A stretch of 63,558 bases of DNA, the filler included, from Octopus bimaculoides (Eukaryota): the NCBI RefSeq assembly GCF_001194135.2. It is 5 parts of 5 records of this genome, joined end to end, with 100 filler letters (N's around TTAATTAATTAA, not from the genome) between each part and the next. Parts side by side here need not be neighbours in the genome. Positions count along the whole stretch, not along the records: positions 39,345 to 58,853 come from NC_068981.1; 4 more parts are not named here. One strand, given 5' to 3'. This document shows, in pieces, positions 39,601-51,412 of the stretch (the first letter of the stretch is position 1; each line of letters begins with the position of its first letter). The notes beneath the pieces were generated by a model. The model did not search any database. It was not told the origin of the DNA and saw only the letters and a program-made list of their open reading frames with translations. The translations under genes were made by a program, and so were the position numbers.

Positions 39601-40579
39601 TATAGATATATATATATATATACACAACATATAGTATTTACTATATACTAGATATTAGGCATACTACAAACAATATTAGCAGGGAAAATGCAGTAGCAGG
39701 GACAATAACAATCTTAATTAATTGAACTTAGAAAAGTACAGGACAAGAGGAAGTGGAACCTTAAGGATATTACAGCTGAAGTAAGAATTTGAGTTTAAAT
39801 TATGTCATTCAGATAAAGTTGGGACAAGATTAACATATTGGCTCCTTAGCCTCATTTTGCGTTTTGTCCCCCAAGGTTCCAATAGGATAGCTTAATTAAG
39901 TTTGACATGAGTGGCGTAATATTTTTACAGAATACCATACCTCTCAGAAAGCCCATAGGCTGGTGGGTCGGGAGGGACTCACTAATATGCCACCACAACC
40001 CACCGGCAGGATGTGTGGGAACCAACATGGTAAAGAGACGACTATGGAGCCCTTGGATGGGATTATGGTAATAGGATTAAACTTGAAAGGTTATTTTCTC
40101 TCCTCCATAGCACCCTCTCGTGTCCATGTCTCATTGAGATCATACCCAGTGGTCTATGATGAGTTTGAGCATTTTTGAGGAGAGAGGTTTGTTGTTTTAG
40201 CTTAGTAGAAGAGAGGAGTGTTGAGATTGGAGTTTCTCAGCATCAAGACTTGAACAGTGTTGGATTCCCAGTTCCATGAGTGTAGATTTCAAATCCTTTA
40301 TCTCTAGTGGAGATAAATTCATTTTTTAGTAGCAGAAAGTGAACTTCCCCATCCCCAACAAACCACCACACCATTTATCTCTCTCATTTTTTTCTCAGCT
40401 GACAGGATACTACTACCCATTTCATTGTTACTTGGCAGATTAAAAGATATACCTAAGTCATTTACACACACACACACACACAGATAGGATGAGTGTGCAT
40501 TTCTATCTAAATGTCAGGTGAGCTATGATTGGGAAAACACGAGAGAAAGGTAGCTGAAAATACCATGAAAAGAGCACCC

Positions 40580-41462
40580 CTGCTAGTACCACATAAAGAG
40601 CATCCGTACTAGTACCACATAAAGAGCACCTGTGCTAGTACCACATAAAGAGCACCCGTGCTAGTACCACATAAAGAGCACCCGTGCTAGTACCACATAA
40701 AGAGCACCCATGCTAGTACCACATAAAGAGCACCCATGCTAGTACCACATAAAGAGCACCCACGCTGNNNNNNNNNNNNNNNNNNNNNNNNNNNNNNNNN
40801 NNNNNNNNNNNNNNNNNNNNNNNNNNNNNNNNNNNNNNNNNNNNNNNNNNNNNNNNNNNNNNNNNNNNNNNNNNNNNNNNNNNNNNNNNNNNNNNNNNNN
40901 NNNNNNNNNNNNNNNNNNNNNNNNNNNNNNNNNNNNNNNNNNNNNNNNNNNNNNNNNNNNNNNNNNNNNNNNNNNNNNNNNNNNNNNNNNNNNNNNNNNN
41001 NNNNNNNNNNNNNNNNNNNNNNNNNNNNNNNNNNNNNNNNNNNNNNNNNNNNNNNNNNNNNNNNNNNNNNNNNNNNNNNNNNNNNNNNNNNNNNNNNNNN
41101 NNNNNNNNNNNNNNNNNNNNNNNNNNNNNNNNNNNNNNNNNNNNNNNNNNNNNNNNNNNNNNNNNNNNNNNNNNNNNNNNNNNNNNNNNNNNNNNNNNNN
41201 NNNNNNNNNNNNNNNNNNNNNNNNNNNNNNNNNNNNNNNNNNNNNNNNNNNNNNNNNNNNNNNNNNNNNNNNNNNNNNNNNNNNNNNNNNNNNNNNNNNN
41301 NNNNNNNNNNNNNNNNNNNNNNNNNNNNNNNNGTACCACATAAAGAGCACCTGTGCTAGTACCACATAAAGAGCACCTGTGCTAGTACCACATAAAGAGC
41401 ACCCATGCTAGTACCACATAAAGAGCACCCATGCTAGTACCACATAAAGAGCACCCACGCTG
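40580..41462 (+). repeat. 26-bp minisatellite (GCTAGTACCACATAAAGAGCACCCGT)n spanning a gap
   Basis: Near-identical tandem units on both sides of the gap, with no spacers. Confidence 0.95.
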
Positions 41463-41660
41463 GTGTCACATAAAAACCACTTTGTACACTCTGAAAGGTG
41501 AGTGGCATTAGGAAGGGCATCCAAGCTGTAGAAACCCTGCGAAAGCAGACAATTGGGGCCTGGTGCAGCTCTCCTGCCTTGTCAGCTCCTGCCAAACCAG
41601 CTGACCCAAATCACAAGGCAAAATTGAACACTAAACGATGATGGTGACGATAATGATGCA
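41455..41660 (+). mobile_element. RTE 3'-tail remnant
   Basis: gtggcattaggaagggcatccaagctgtagaaacc...cctggtgcagc...taaacgatgatggtgacgat matches 51240-51385. Confidence 0.8.
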
Positions 41661-41869
41661 TCTATTGAGAAAAATAAGACATCTTTAATTTTACTAACTT
41701 ACATTAAATCTCTATTTGGGCGGGGGGTGGAGGGGGTGAAGGTTTAAATGGTGATTTTGTGTTGATTTTTAGAGAGAATTTGAAATATTTAAAATTTGTT
41801 CAGCACAATCTTATGGAAGCAAACTCTATTTCACTTTCTCATTAACAAAGAGAGATTATACACATGTGA

Positions 41870-42115
41870 ATTCCCAGATCACGCATTAATTTTGACCCCA
41901 AGGTAGCTCTATCCACTGCTTCTGTGTATTCTGATTGCTTTTTACTTGTGGGTTGTTGGCAGAATTGTTAAATTTCCCAGCAATGAGCTTCCTATTGTTT
42001 TCTTCAGCCCACGTGGATATTGTGTTCAAGACTTTCAGTAGTTTTGAGGTATTTTCAGGGTTCTTCATAGCCTATGATACTTTTGTATCATCAACACAAC
42101 TGGTGGAAGGGGCCG
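41870..42115 (-). pseudogene. CR1-like LINE RT fragment
   Basis: SCVDDTKVS*AMKNPENTSKLLKVLNTISTWAEENNRKLIAGKF; homologous to 43750-43890. Confidence 0.65.
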
Positions 42116-42159
42116 GCTGTATGACGATGATATAGATATATACAATTGTATGCATACAC

Positions 42160-42193
<34 letters not shown>

Positions 42194-42232
42194 TATATAG
42201 ATATATAGATATATATATATATATATAGATAT

Positions 42233-42650
42233 AGGTGCAGGCATGGTTGTGTAGTAAGCATTATGCTTCCCAACCACATGGTTCCAGGTTCAGTCCCACT
42301 GCATGGTACCTTGGGCAAGTGTCTTCTACTATTGCCTCGGGCCAACCAAAGCCTTGTGAGTGGATTTGGTAGACGGAAACTGAAAGAAGCCCGTCGTATA
42401 TATATATATATATACGTATATGTATATATATGTGTGTGTGTGTTTGTGTTTGTCCCCTGCTGTCACTTGACAACCAATGTTGGTGTGTTTACATCCCCGT
42501 GACTTAGTGGTTCAGCAAAAAAGACCAATAGAATAAGTACTAGGCTTACAAAGAATAAGTCCTGGGGTCGATTTGCTCGACTAAAACCTTTTAATGTAGT
42601 GCTCCAGCTTGGCCGCAGTCAAATGACTGAAAAAGTAAAAGAATAAAAGC
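42233..42650 (+). mobile_element. Full-length family-C CORE-like SINE
   Basis: aggtgcaggcatggttgtgtagtaagc...gtaccttgggcaagtgtcttc...(TA)n(TG)n...gctccagcttggccgcagtcaaatgactgaaaaagtaaaagaataaaag. Confidence 0.9.
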
Positions 42651-42699
42651 AAAGTAATCTATAGATGGTCGCCGTACAGTGTCGGATTAATGGCAGAAC

Positions 42700-43235
42700 T
42701 TGAGGTTGTTCAGTGATGCTACACAAGGAAGATTGCATCAGTGGAACAGCTGAGCTACTGGGAGAGCCTGAAAGAGCTACGACTCTAGGCCCTGGAGAGA
42801 AGACGGGAGAGGTATGCAGAGATATATGTTTGGAAGATTCTGGAGGGACTGGCACCAGACTTTGGGACTGAGAGTTATAACGGACCTCGAAATGGACGTC
42901 ACTGCACCGTTCCAAAAGTCCCAGCTGTCCCATCTAAGGCGAGGACCATGTATTGCAATAGCTTGGGATTCGAGGGCCCACAACTATTTAACTGCTTGCC
43001 AAAACATCCGAGGGATCTCCATAGAGTGGGGGGAAGATATTTTCAAGAAACAACTTGACTGCTTGCTATTCAAGATCCCAGATGAACCAATACGAAGGCA
43101 GGAAACTCAAAAGAGGGCAGCAGTGTAGACCTCCCGCCTTCACCAAAAGTCAATCACATAAGATTAACCATTTAAAAGGTAATTACACTGGCGGTGCCCC
43201 AGCATGGCCACAGCCTTAGGGATGAAACATATAAG
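42700..43235 (+). mobile_element. CR1-like LINE 3' fragment (end of ORF2 + tail)
   Basis: EQLSYWESLKELRL*ALERRRERYAEIYVWKILEGLAPDFG...LFKIPDEPIRRQETQKRAAV; colinear with 44200-44723. Confidence 0.8.
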
Positions 43236-43267
43236 AATATATATATATGAGTGTGTATGTGTGTGTG

Positions 43268-43336
<69 letters not shown>

Positions 43337-43464
43337 ATGTATATATATGTGAATGTATATATATATACACACATACACACACAAATGTAGAGAGACAGAA
43401 AGAAATATATATTTGTGTTCAGTATATACATTATGATTGAGAACTAAAACAGCCACTCAACCAC

Positions 43465-44723
43465 TCAAATGTGGATGTGATATATCTCGACTTTGCCAAG
43501 GCCTTTGACAAAGTTGACCAGGGGTTGATATGTCACAAACTACACGACCTTGGTATCACTGGAAAACTGGGAGAGTGGATGCATGACATTTTAAAGGGCA
43601 GAAGTCAGGCAGTTCCAACCAATGGTGCTCTCTCTCTGGGGTGACATCAATCCACAGCAGAGTTCCTCCGGGAACTGTACTAGGACCACTATTGTTTGTT
43701 GTGGCTCTCTCAGACATGCTGTCACTCATACAGTCAGCCATTCTCAACAGCTACACTGAGGATACAAAATTATCTCAGGCAGTCAAGGACCCTGGTGACA
43801 TAGTAAAACTACAAAGTGACCTGCGTGTAATATACAAGTGGTCTGATGAAAATAACATGCCGTTGAATGCTGATAAGTTTCAAGCACTTCACTATCGGCC
43901 CACAAACAGGCCACAATCGGAATGCATAGGACCATGGGGCAATGCAATCCCAGAGATGGAATCGGTGCGCGACTAGGGAATCTACATGAGTAGTGATGCA
44001 ATATTTCATGTGCATATTGCCAGGATGGCAACACTGTGAAGGTGAGTTGCTGAATGGGTCCCTAGATCATTCAGGACCAGAAATAAGGATACCTTGCTAA
44101 TCCTATGGAGGATATTTGTCCTCAGTCATCTGGATGACTGCTCCCAACTGTGGTCACTGCAGAGCATCAAATTGGTGGAGGAACCTGAGGCATTCCAGCA
44201 CCACAACACAAAGAAGATTGACTCAGTGAAACAGATGAGTTACTGGGAGGGGCACAAGAACTGAAACTTTATTCCCTGGAGAGACAGTGAGAAAGGTATG
44301 CAGTGATATATACAAGGAAGATCCTGGACGGTCTAGTTCCCAACTTTGGAATTAAAAGCTGCAATACCAACCACTGAACAGGACAGCACTGAATAATACC
44401 AAAGACACCGTGTTCTTCATCTCAGATAACGACCCAGTATTGCAACAGCTTCGGTTTCAGCGAAGCACAACTGTTTAACATCCTCCCAAGGAAGCTAACA
44501 GACCTGCAAGGTGTAGATGTGGAAGTGTTCAAAAAGCACCTGGACAAATTTCTATCTGAAATCCCAGATGAGCCCACATCACGGCAGGAGGCACAAAGAA
44601 GAGCAGCTTCGTCTAACTCGCTTCTTCACCAAGAACAGTACTGAAAGGAGACCCATAAAACACTGAGAGACGGTGCTCCAGCATGGCCCCAGCCTCTAGC
44701 TTAAACCAGTAAAAGAATAAAAG
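43465..44723 (+). mobile_element. CR1-like LINE RT and 3' end, degenerate
   Basis: NVDVIYLDFAKAFDKVDQGLICHKL, RVPPGTVLGPLLFVV, SYTEDTKL (YADD-like), LQSDL..IYKWSDENNMPLNADKF; tail ggtgctccagcatggcccc...gtaaaagaataaaag. Confidence 0.9.
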
Positions 44724-45167
44724 TATATATATATATATATATATAAGCACACACACATACAGACACACATCACAATCCTTTTCGAAATTTCAAGTTTCCT
44801 TTTGTGACATGTGTTACTGTGTGTGTGTTCGAGTTCGCTGATATTTGCTTTTCGTATTAAATTCCGATATAATTGTAATTTACACACTATGGGAGGTATT
44901 TGTAGAAAATTTCGTTAAAAATTACCCGTTTTCCTGAAAGTTATGAGTAAAGAAGGACGTCGCGTGTGAATAATCCAAAACTCCTCACCCCACCCTCAGG
45001 AGAATTTTGTTTTCATCACATATTCGGATATAATCAGAATCTACAACATCGGAAGAATATTTGTAGAAATTTTCATTTAAAAATATCCATTTTCCTGGAC
45101 GTTATGAGGAAACAAAGTTGGGTCAGTACACATCGGTAGGAATGCCACCTACATATACATATGTATG

Positions 45168-45233
<66 letters not shown>

Positions 45234-45327
45234 GAGAGAGAGAGATGCATACATTTGTGTGTATTATGTGTGTGTATATGTATATATATATATATACACA
45301 CACAGATAAATGTACGGATATATATAC

Positions 45328-45372
<45 letters not shown>

Positions 45373-45660
45373 TAATCAAAATGTCAATAACTGAGTCGTA
45401 GAAATGCGAAAGAAGACTTTGATAGGAAAATCTAGATTTTTATAACAATGTAAATAAAAACTGAACTTAATGTTTGGGGTGAATGCAATTACTCCACCCC
45501 CATCTTCATATACGCAGACGTGTATGATTATATATATGTGTATAATTATAGATATATATATACATAAGTATATATATACTCATACACATACTCAATGTTA
45601 ATAGATAAAGTAAAGATATATATAGATAAAGTAAAGATAAAGTAAAGATATATAAAGTAA

Positions 45661-45698
<38 letters not shown>

Positions 45699-47092
45699 TC
45701 ATATCTTCTATTAGAGATTCGTTGTGTATAGAATAGATGTATATATTGGCTCCGCTTTAGAGGATTAACCACATAATATGTATTATACAGAAATATATAG
45801 AAATACGTGAATATATACAGACAAATAAATATATATATATATATGTATATATAAATATGTATGTATGTATACACACATAGTATATATATATATATTAATG
45901 ACACACAGACACTAGTGAGGCTATATGTCTGGTTCGCGTAGTGTCTAATGTGTAGACAGATGGAGATATATATTCAGTCTATATAGCCATTTTGCAAATA
46001 TCAGCTTTGTGTTGTCCGTATACATACATACTTAATATATTTATTACGTGTGTATATAAGTGTATAGACCGTAGTCTCGCATTAAGTAAGCCAGCTGTAT
46101 GTATAAACTATGCAGTCTATAACAGCTGTGTGTATAAACGTGACAAATGTACAATGCCTGGGTGTATAAACAGCGTAGAGTTAATAAGGAGTGTATATAT
46201 TTTACGTTACATGTATATACTATATCAGATTGTATATATGTTATTTTACATCAATAATGGACAGTGCGTGATTAAATGTTTCCGTACACGTGTATACACA
46301 TACACGCACAGAGAGAAAGAGAGTGTGTGTGTGTATATAGATATTTATATATAGATAGATATAGATATACGAATGTGTGTGTGTGTTTGTATGTGTATAT
46401 ATTTAAAGAAGGAATACGCACACATGTTTACAGGGCACACGTAATGGTTTCTCGAAAATATCCAAACAGACGGAACAACAGAGATCGTCAAAGTCATCCA
46501 TGGAGGACAGAGAGAAATGTACAACAGCAAAGATTTCCCAGAATTGCTGCTTGCTTGCTGCTCAATTGCTCACTTGCCAGATAGCTTGCCTAATTGACTA
46601 CACTTTTATTACGACTGAGCTTTATGAGCATGTGTGTGTGTGTGCGCGCGTATGTGTGTGTGTGTGTGTTCATATAGGGAAATTTTGTTATTTTTAGTTT
46701 AATGTCAAACAAAGAAAAAAAATATGCCTTCAAGTAAGAACTCAATACGTGGTGTAGAATTAAATATTTATTTCCACAGAAGATGACGTTTACTTCCAAG
46801 TTTTCTGCACACGAACACACACGCACGCACGCACTCGCGCACACACACACACACACACAAATTTGCAGTTAAAAGGCAAAAAAAAACTGTTAAAAATGTA
46901 TATATATAAATAAATATGTGTACATTTATATATATAAATATACGTACACACACACACATACATGACAATCGTCATATTTCATTCCATAATGGTTATCTCT
47001 GAAGAGCACAGAGTTACATAACTAGACTGTTACCCAACATTCCATTGAATTCCTAGTACGAAACCATTTGGTAAGATCAGCCGTAATGGATA

Positions 47093-48718
47093 TCTTGGGT
47101 TGTCCGGAAAGTTCATGCTGATTTTTAAGGGATATTAAAGACAAAACAAAATTACGCCATTAAATATTTATTCAACTTAATTCGAACCATTTTGTTGCAC
47201 GACCCTTTTCCATCTTTCCTTCAACTTAAAGATTCTGTAGACCCAGAATTCCGGTGGTTTCTTGGCAAAGAACTCATCAAGGTGGTTTTGTATGTCCTCC
47301 AAACAATTAAATTTTTTCCCATTGAGATTATTTTGCAAGGACATGAATAAATGGAAATCCGAAGGAGCAATGTCTGGTGAATGTGGCAGGTGGGGGGTAA
47401 CACATCTCGGTCAAGCTGCAACAATTTTTGACAGGTTGTCAAAGAAACATGAGGTCTGGCATTATCCTGACGGAAAACAACATCTTTCCTGTTCACCATT
47501 CCTGGACATTTTTCTTGAATTGCTGCCTTTGAATCATCCAGTTGAAAGCAGCACTTCTCAGAATTAACTGGTTACTTGGCAGAAGCTCATAGTACAGGAT
47601 TCCTTTCCAATCTCACCAGATGCAAAGCATGACTTTCTTAGGATAAAGACCTGCTTTTGAGGTGACTAAAGGTGGCTCATGTTGCTTACCCAGAGAATTT
47701 TTTTAACTAAAAATTGCTGTAAACGGTCCATTTCTCATCACCCATCACAATTTGCTTAAAAAGGATTCCATTGTGTTTATACAGCAAATCACAAATAGAA
47801 ATACGATTCAAAAGATTCTTTTCACTCAGATCATACGGTTCCTAAACATCGTAGCGATTTGAGTACCCGAGCTTTACTAAGTACTCATGGATGGTGGATT
47901 TTGATAAATTTAGTGTTTCGGACAAATCCTGCGTTGTAGTTGTATAATGTGGATTATTTTCAATCAATGTCTTGATTTGGTCATCATCTGAAGTGGGGTG
48001 GGGTGGTCAGCCTGGGCATTCTTCATCAAAAAGGCTATAATCACCAACTCTAAATTTAGTAAACCACTTCCGTACAGATCTGTCAGCTAAAGTACCTTCA
48101 CCATACACAGCACACATCCTTTTTGTTGCTTGCGAGGCATTTTTGCTTTTACGGTAAGCACCAAGTGTTTAAAATGCACCTTTTAATCTTCTGTTTTCAT
48201 AGGGATGCAAAATTGACATGAATTAAATAATTAAAAATTTTCTTTCTCAAGAGATAGTATGAAGTGTGTGCTAACCGGAAATGTAAGCACCATTTGAGTG
48301 TAGTCATTGCCAGTGCTGCCTGACTGGCTCCTGTGTTGGGGGCACATAAAAAGCACCATTCAAGCATGGTTAATACCAGTACCGCCTGACTGGCCCTCGT
48401 GCCAGTGACATGTAAAAAGCACCCACTACACTCTTGGAGTGGTTGGTGTTAAGAAGGGCATCCAGCTGTAGAAACTTTGCCAGATTGGATTGGAGCCTGG
48501 TGCAGCCATCTGGTTCGCCAGTCCTCAGTCAAACCGTCCAATCCATGCCAGCATGGAAAACAGGCATTAAACAATGATGACGGTGGTGATGATGATGATG
48601 ATAATGATGATGAGGGTGATGACGACGACGATTATATGTGTCGATAAATTTGACGAGTTCTAACGTGTTGGAACATGAACAACTAAAAATCAGCATGCAC
48701 TTACCTGACAACCCAATA
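47093..48718 (-). mobile_element. Full-length defective mariner (Tc1/mariner, D,D34D) transposon with a nested RTE-tail insertion
   Basis: TIRs TA|tcttgggttgtccggaaagttcatgctgattttt and aaaaatcagcatgcacttacctgacaacccaata|TA. Transposase motifs GDEKW, YPKKVMLCIW, QDNARPH and SPDIAPSDFHLF, with stops and frameshifts. Confidence 0.9.
48290..48630 (+). mobile_element. RTE 3'-UTR-derived insertion nested in the mariner
   Basis: cctgactggctcctgtg...aagcacccactacactc...aagggcatccagctgtagaaac...catgccagcatggaaa...(GAT)n. Confidence 0.85.
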
Positions 48719-48740
48719 TAATACTGTACACTTCGATTAA

Positions 48741-48771
<31 letters not shown>

Positions 48772-48774
48772 GTG

Positions 48775-49150
48775 TGCACGTGTGGTTAAAAAATTTGCTT
48801 CCAGACTATATGGTTCTGGGTTCAGCCCCACTGCATGGAACCCTGGGCAAAGGTCTTCCATTATAGCCCAGGACAAACCAATGTCTTGTGAGTGGATTTG
48901 GTAGATGGAAACTGAGAAAAGCTCATCATTATATGTGTGTGTTTTTGTGCATGCATTTGTCCCCTACGACTGCTTGATAACTGGTGTTGGTTTGCTTATG
49001 TCCCTGTAACGTGTCAGTTCAGCAAAAGTAGCCATTAGAATAAGTACCAGGGTTTGCAAGAAAAGCAAGTATTAGGCAGGGATCAATATGTGCAACTAAA
49101 TCTTCAAGCCAGTGCCCCATTATGGCCAAAATCACATGATCTGGGGGTCT
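48775..49150 (+). mobile_element. Degenerate family-C CORE-like SINE
   Basis: tgtggttaaaaaatttgcttcc...ccctgggcaaaggtcttc...gtgagtggatttggtagatggaaactg...gtgccccattatggcc. Confidence 0.75.
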
Positions 49151-49584
49151 CAGCAATGAAGATGGGGGCAGAGATTTATTTGGCATCAAAAGCCAATATG
49201 AGAGTTTCTTACATGTTATCTTCCGAAGAATAGTCGGTTCTAACAGAACATCCACATTTGTCATCTAGACTTTCTTTCTAATTAGTTGGGCTAGACCCTC
49301 TCTGTAATTTTCATCACCTGATTCAACAATTTGATGTCTCTGTAATTATTTCTGTCTTAGGCGTTACCTTTAACTTTGAAGCAATTGGTTATGGTACTCT
49401 TATACCTACAGTCATCAGGTATGGTTCCCTCAAATACAACCTGATTAACTACATAGGTGACTAGACCATAGCCCACACCACCAAATATTTTAAGCATCTC
49501 AGCAGTGATTTCTGATGAGCCATGGGCTTTCCCTGTCTTTTAGAAATTTTGGATGGAAATTCATAAATTCTTTAATGCATTTGA

Positions 49585-51385
49585 AAGTTACAAAGAGGGT
49601 CATAGTCCAACAAATTAGGGAGAAAGCCTAGATGAGATACAGTTTGGGTTTGTGCTAGGCAGAAGCATCACTGATGCTATATTTCTGGTAAGGCAACTGC
49701 GGGAGAAATCTCCAGCCAAAGATAAACCTCTGTACTTGGCTTTTGTTGACTTGGAGAAAGCCTTTGATAACGTATCATGATCTCTTATCTGGTGGTCAGT
49801 GTGGAAACTGGCGATAGACGAGTGGTTGGTAAGAGCTGTACAAGCCCTGAACAGGGTTGCTGTCAGTGAGGTGAGGGTTGGCAATGAGTATAGTGAAGAA
49901 TTCCGGGTAGAAGTAGGGGTTCACCAAGGATCAGTCTTCAGCCCCCTCTTATTCATCATAGACCTCCAGGCAATAACGGAGGAATTCAAGATAGGCTTCC
50001 CCTGGGAGCTCCTCTATGCTGATGACCTTGCTCTAATAGCCAAGTCACTATCAGACTAGAGATAAAGTTTAGGGTGTGGAAGCAAGGTTTAGAATTGAAG
50101 GGCCTTAGGGTCAATCTAGCAAAAACTAAAGTCTTAGTAAGTAGGAAAGCTGTCAAACCACAATCTTCTTCAGGTAGATGGCTCTGCTCAGTTTGTAGAA
50201 AAGGTGTGGGTAGAAACTCCATACAATGTACCCAGTGTAAGCTATGGACACATAAAAGGTGCAGCAATATCAAAAGAAGGTTAACCGGGAAGATAGTTTT
50301 TGTGTGTGGCAGATGCACAGGGGCAATAAACACTTAAGATGTACAGAAAACAGATTCCATCACATACCAGGGAAAGAAACTAGAAGTAGTTGATAGCTTC
50401 CGCTACCTAAGTGACCAAGTCTGTAGTGGGAGTGGTTGCTCTTAGAGTGTAGTGACTAGAATAAGAATAGCCTGGGCAAAGTTCAGGGAGCTTCTACCTC
50501 TGCTGGCAATTAAGGGCCTCTCACTCAGGATGAAACGTAGGCCATGAATGCTGAGGACATGCAGAGGCTTGAAAGAAATGAAGCTAGTATGATCCGCTGG
50601 ATGTGTAATGTCAGTGTGCATACCCGACAGAGTGCAAGCACCCTGAGAGAAAAGTTGGACATAAGAAGCATCAAATGTGGTGTGCAAGAGAAACAACTGC
50701 GCTGGTATGGTCATGTGTTACGTATGGATGAGGACAGCTGCGTGAGGAAGTGCCACACCCTAACTATGGAACGAGGCTTTGGAAGAGGTAGACCCAGGAA
50801 GACATGGGATGAGGTGGTGAAGCATGACCTTCAAATGTTGGGCCTCACAGAGGCAATGACAGGAAACCAAGACCTTTGGACATATGCTGGGATTGAGAAG
50901 ACCCAGCAGCTAAAGTGAGATCACAACCATGGCCGAAGCCAGTGTTGCATATCCAGCCCATTTAAAAGTACCTTTGATGCATCAGGCAATATGATATGCT
51001 TGAGAAGACCTGCTAGGTCAAGTAAAACCAAAATCATAACTGTGACTAGTGTCCCCTGACTGGCTCCCATGCTGGTGGATGTAAAATACACCATCTGAAC
51101 ATGGTCGATGCCAATGCCTCCTGACTGGCTCCTGTGCCAGTGGCACATAAAAAGCACCATCCAAACGTGGTCGATGCCAGGTCCACTTGACTGGCTCCTG
51201 TGCCAGTGGCACGTAAAAGCACCCACTACACTCTCAGAGTGGTTGGCATTAGGAAGGTCATCCAGCTGTAGAAACTCTGCCAGATCAGATTGGAGCTTGG
51301 TGCAGACCTCAGTCAAACCATCCAACCCATACCAGCATGGAAGACGGAAGTTAAACGATTATGAGGAGGATGATGATGATGATGA
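49585..51385 (+). mobile_element. RTE-clade LINE, 5'-truncated: RT + PHD finger + 3' UTR with tandem subrepeats + (GAT)n tail; defective
   Basis: QFGF..GRS.TDAIF, FVDLEKAFD, GVHQGSVFSPLLF, LLYADDLAL, then a C4HC3 finger and RWYGHVLRM...GRGRPRKTW. Stop at 50918; several frameshifts and stops. Confidence 0.92.
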
Positions 51386-51412
51386 TAAAAACAAGAAACC
51401 CCAAGCAAAAAG

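Noticed and set aside
39700-40260. Possible degraded APE endonuclease on the minus strand (NETW...GGILV)
   Set aside because: Only two short motifs amid many stops; not enough support.
40580-41462. CRISPR-like regular repeats
   Set aside because: Contiguous 26-bp units with no unique spacers, eukaryotic context and no cas genes.
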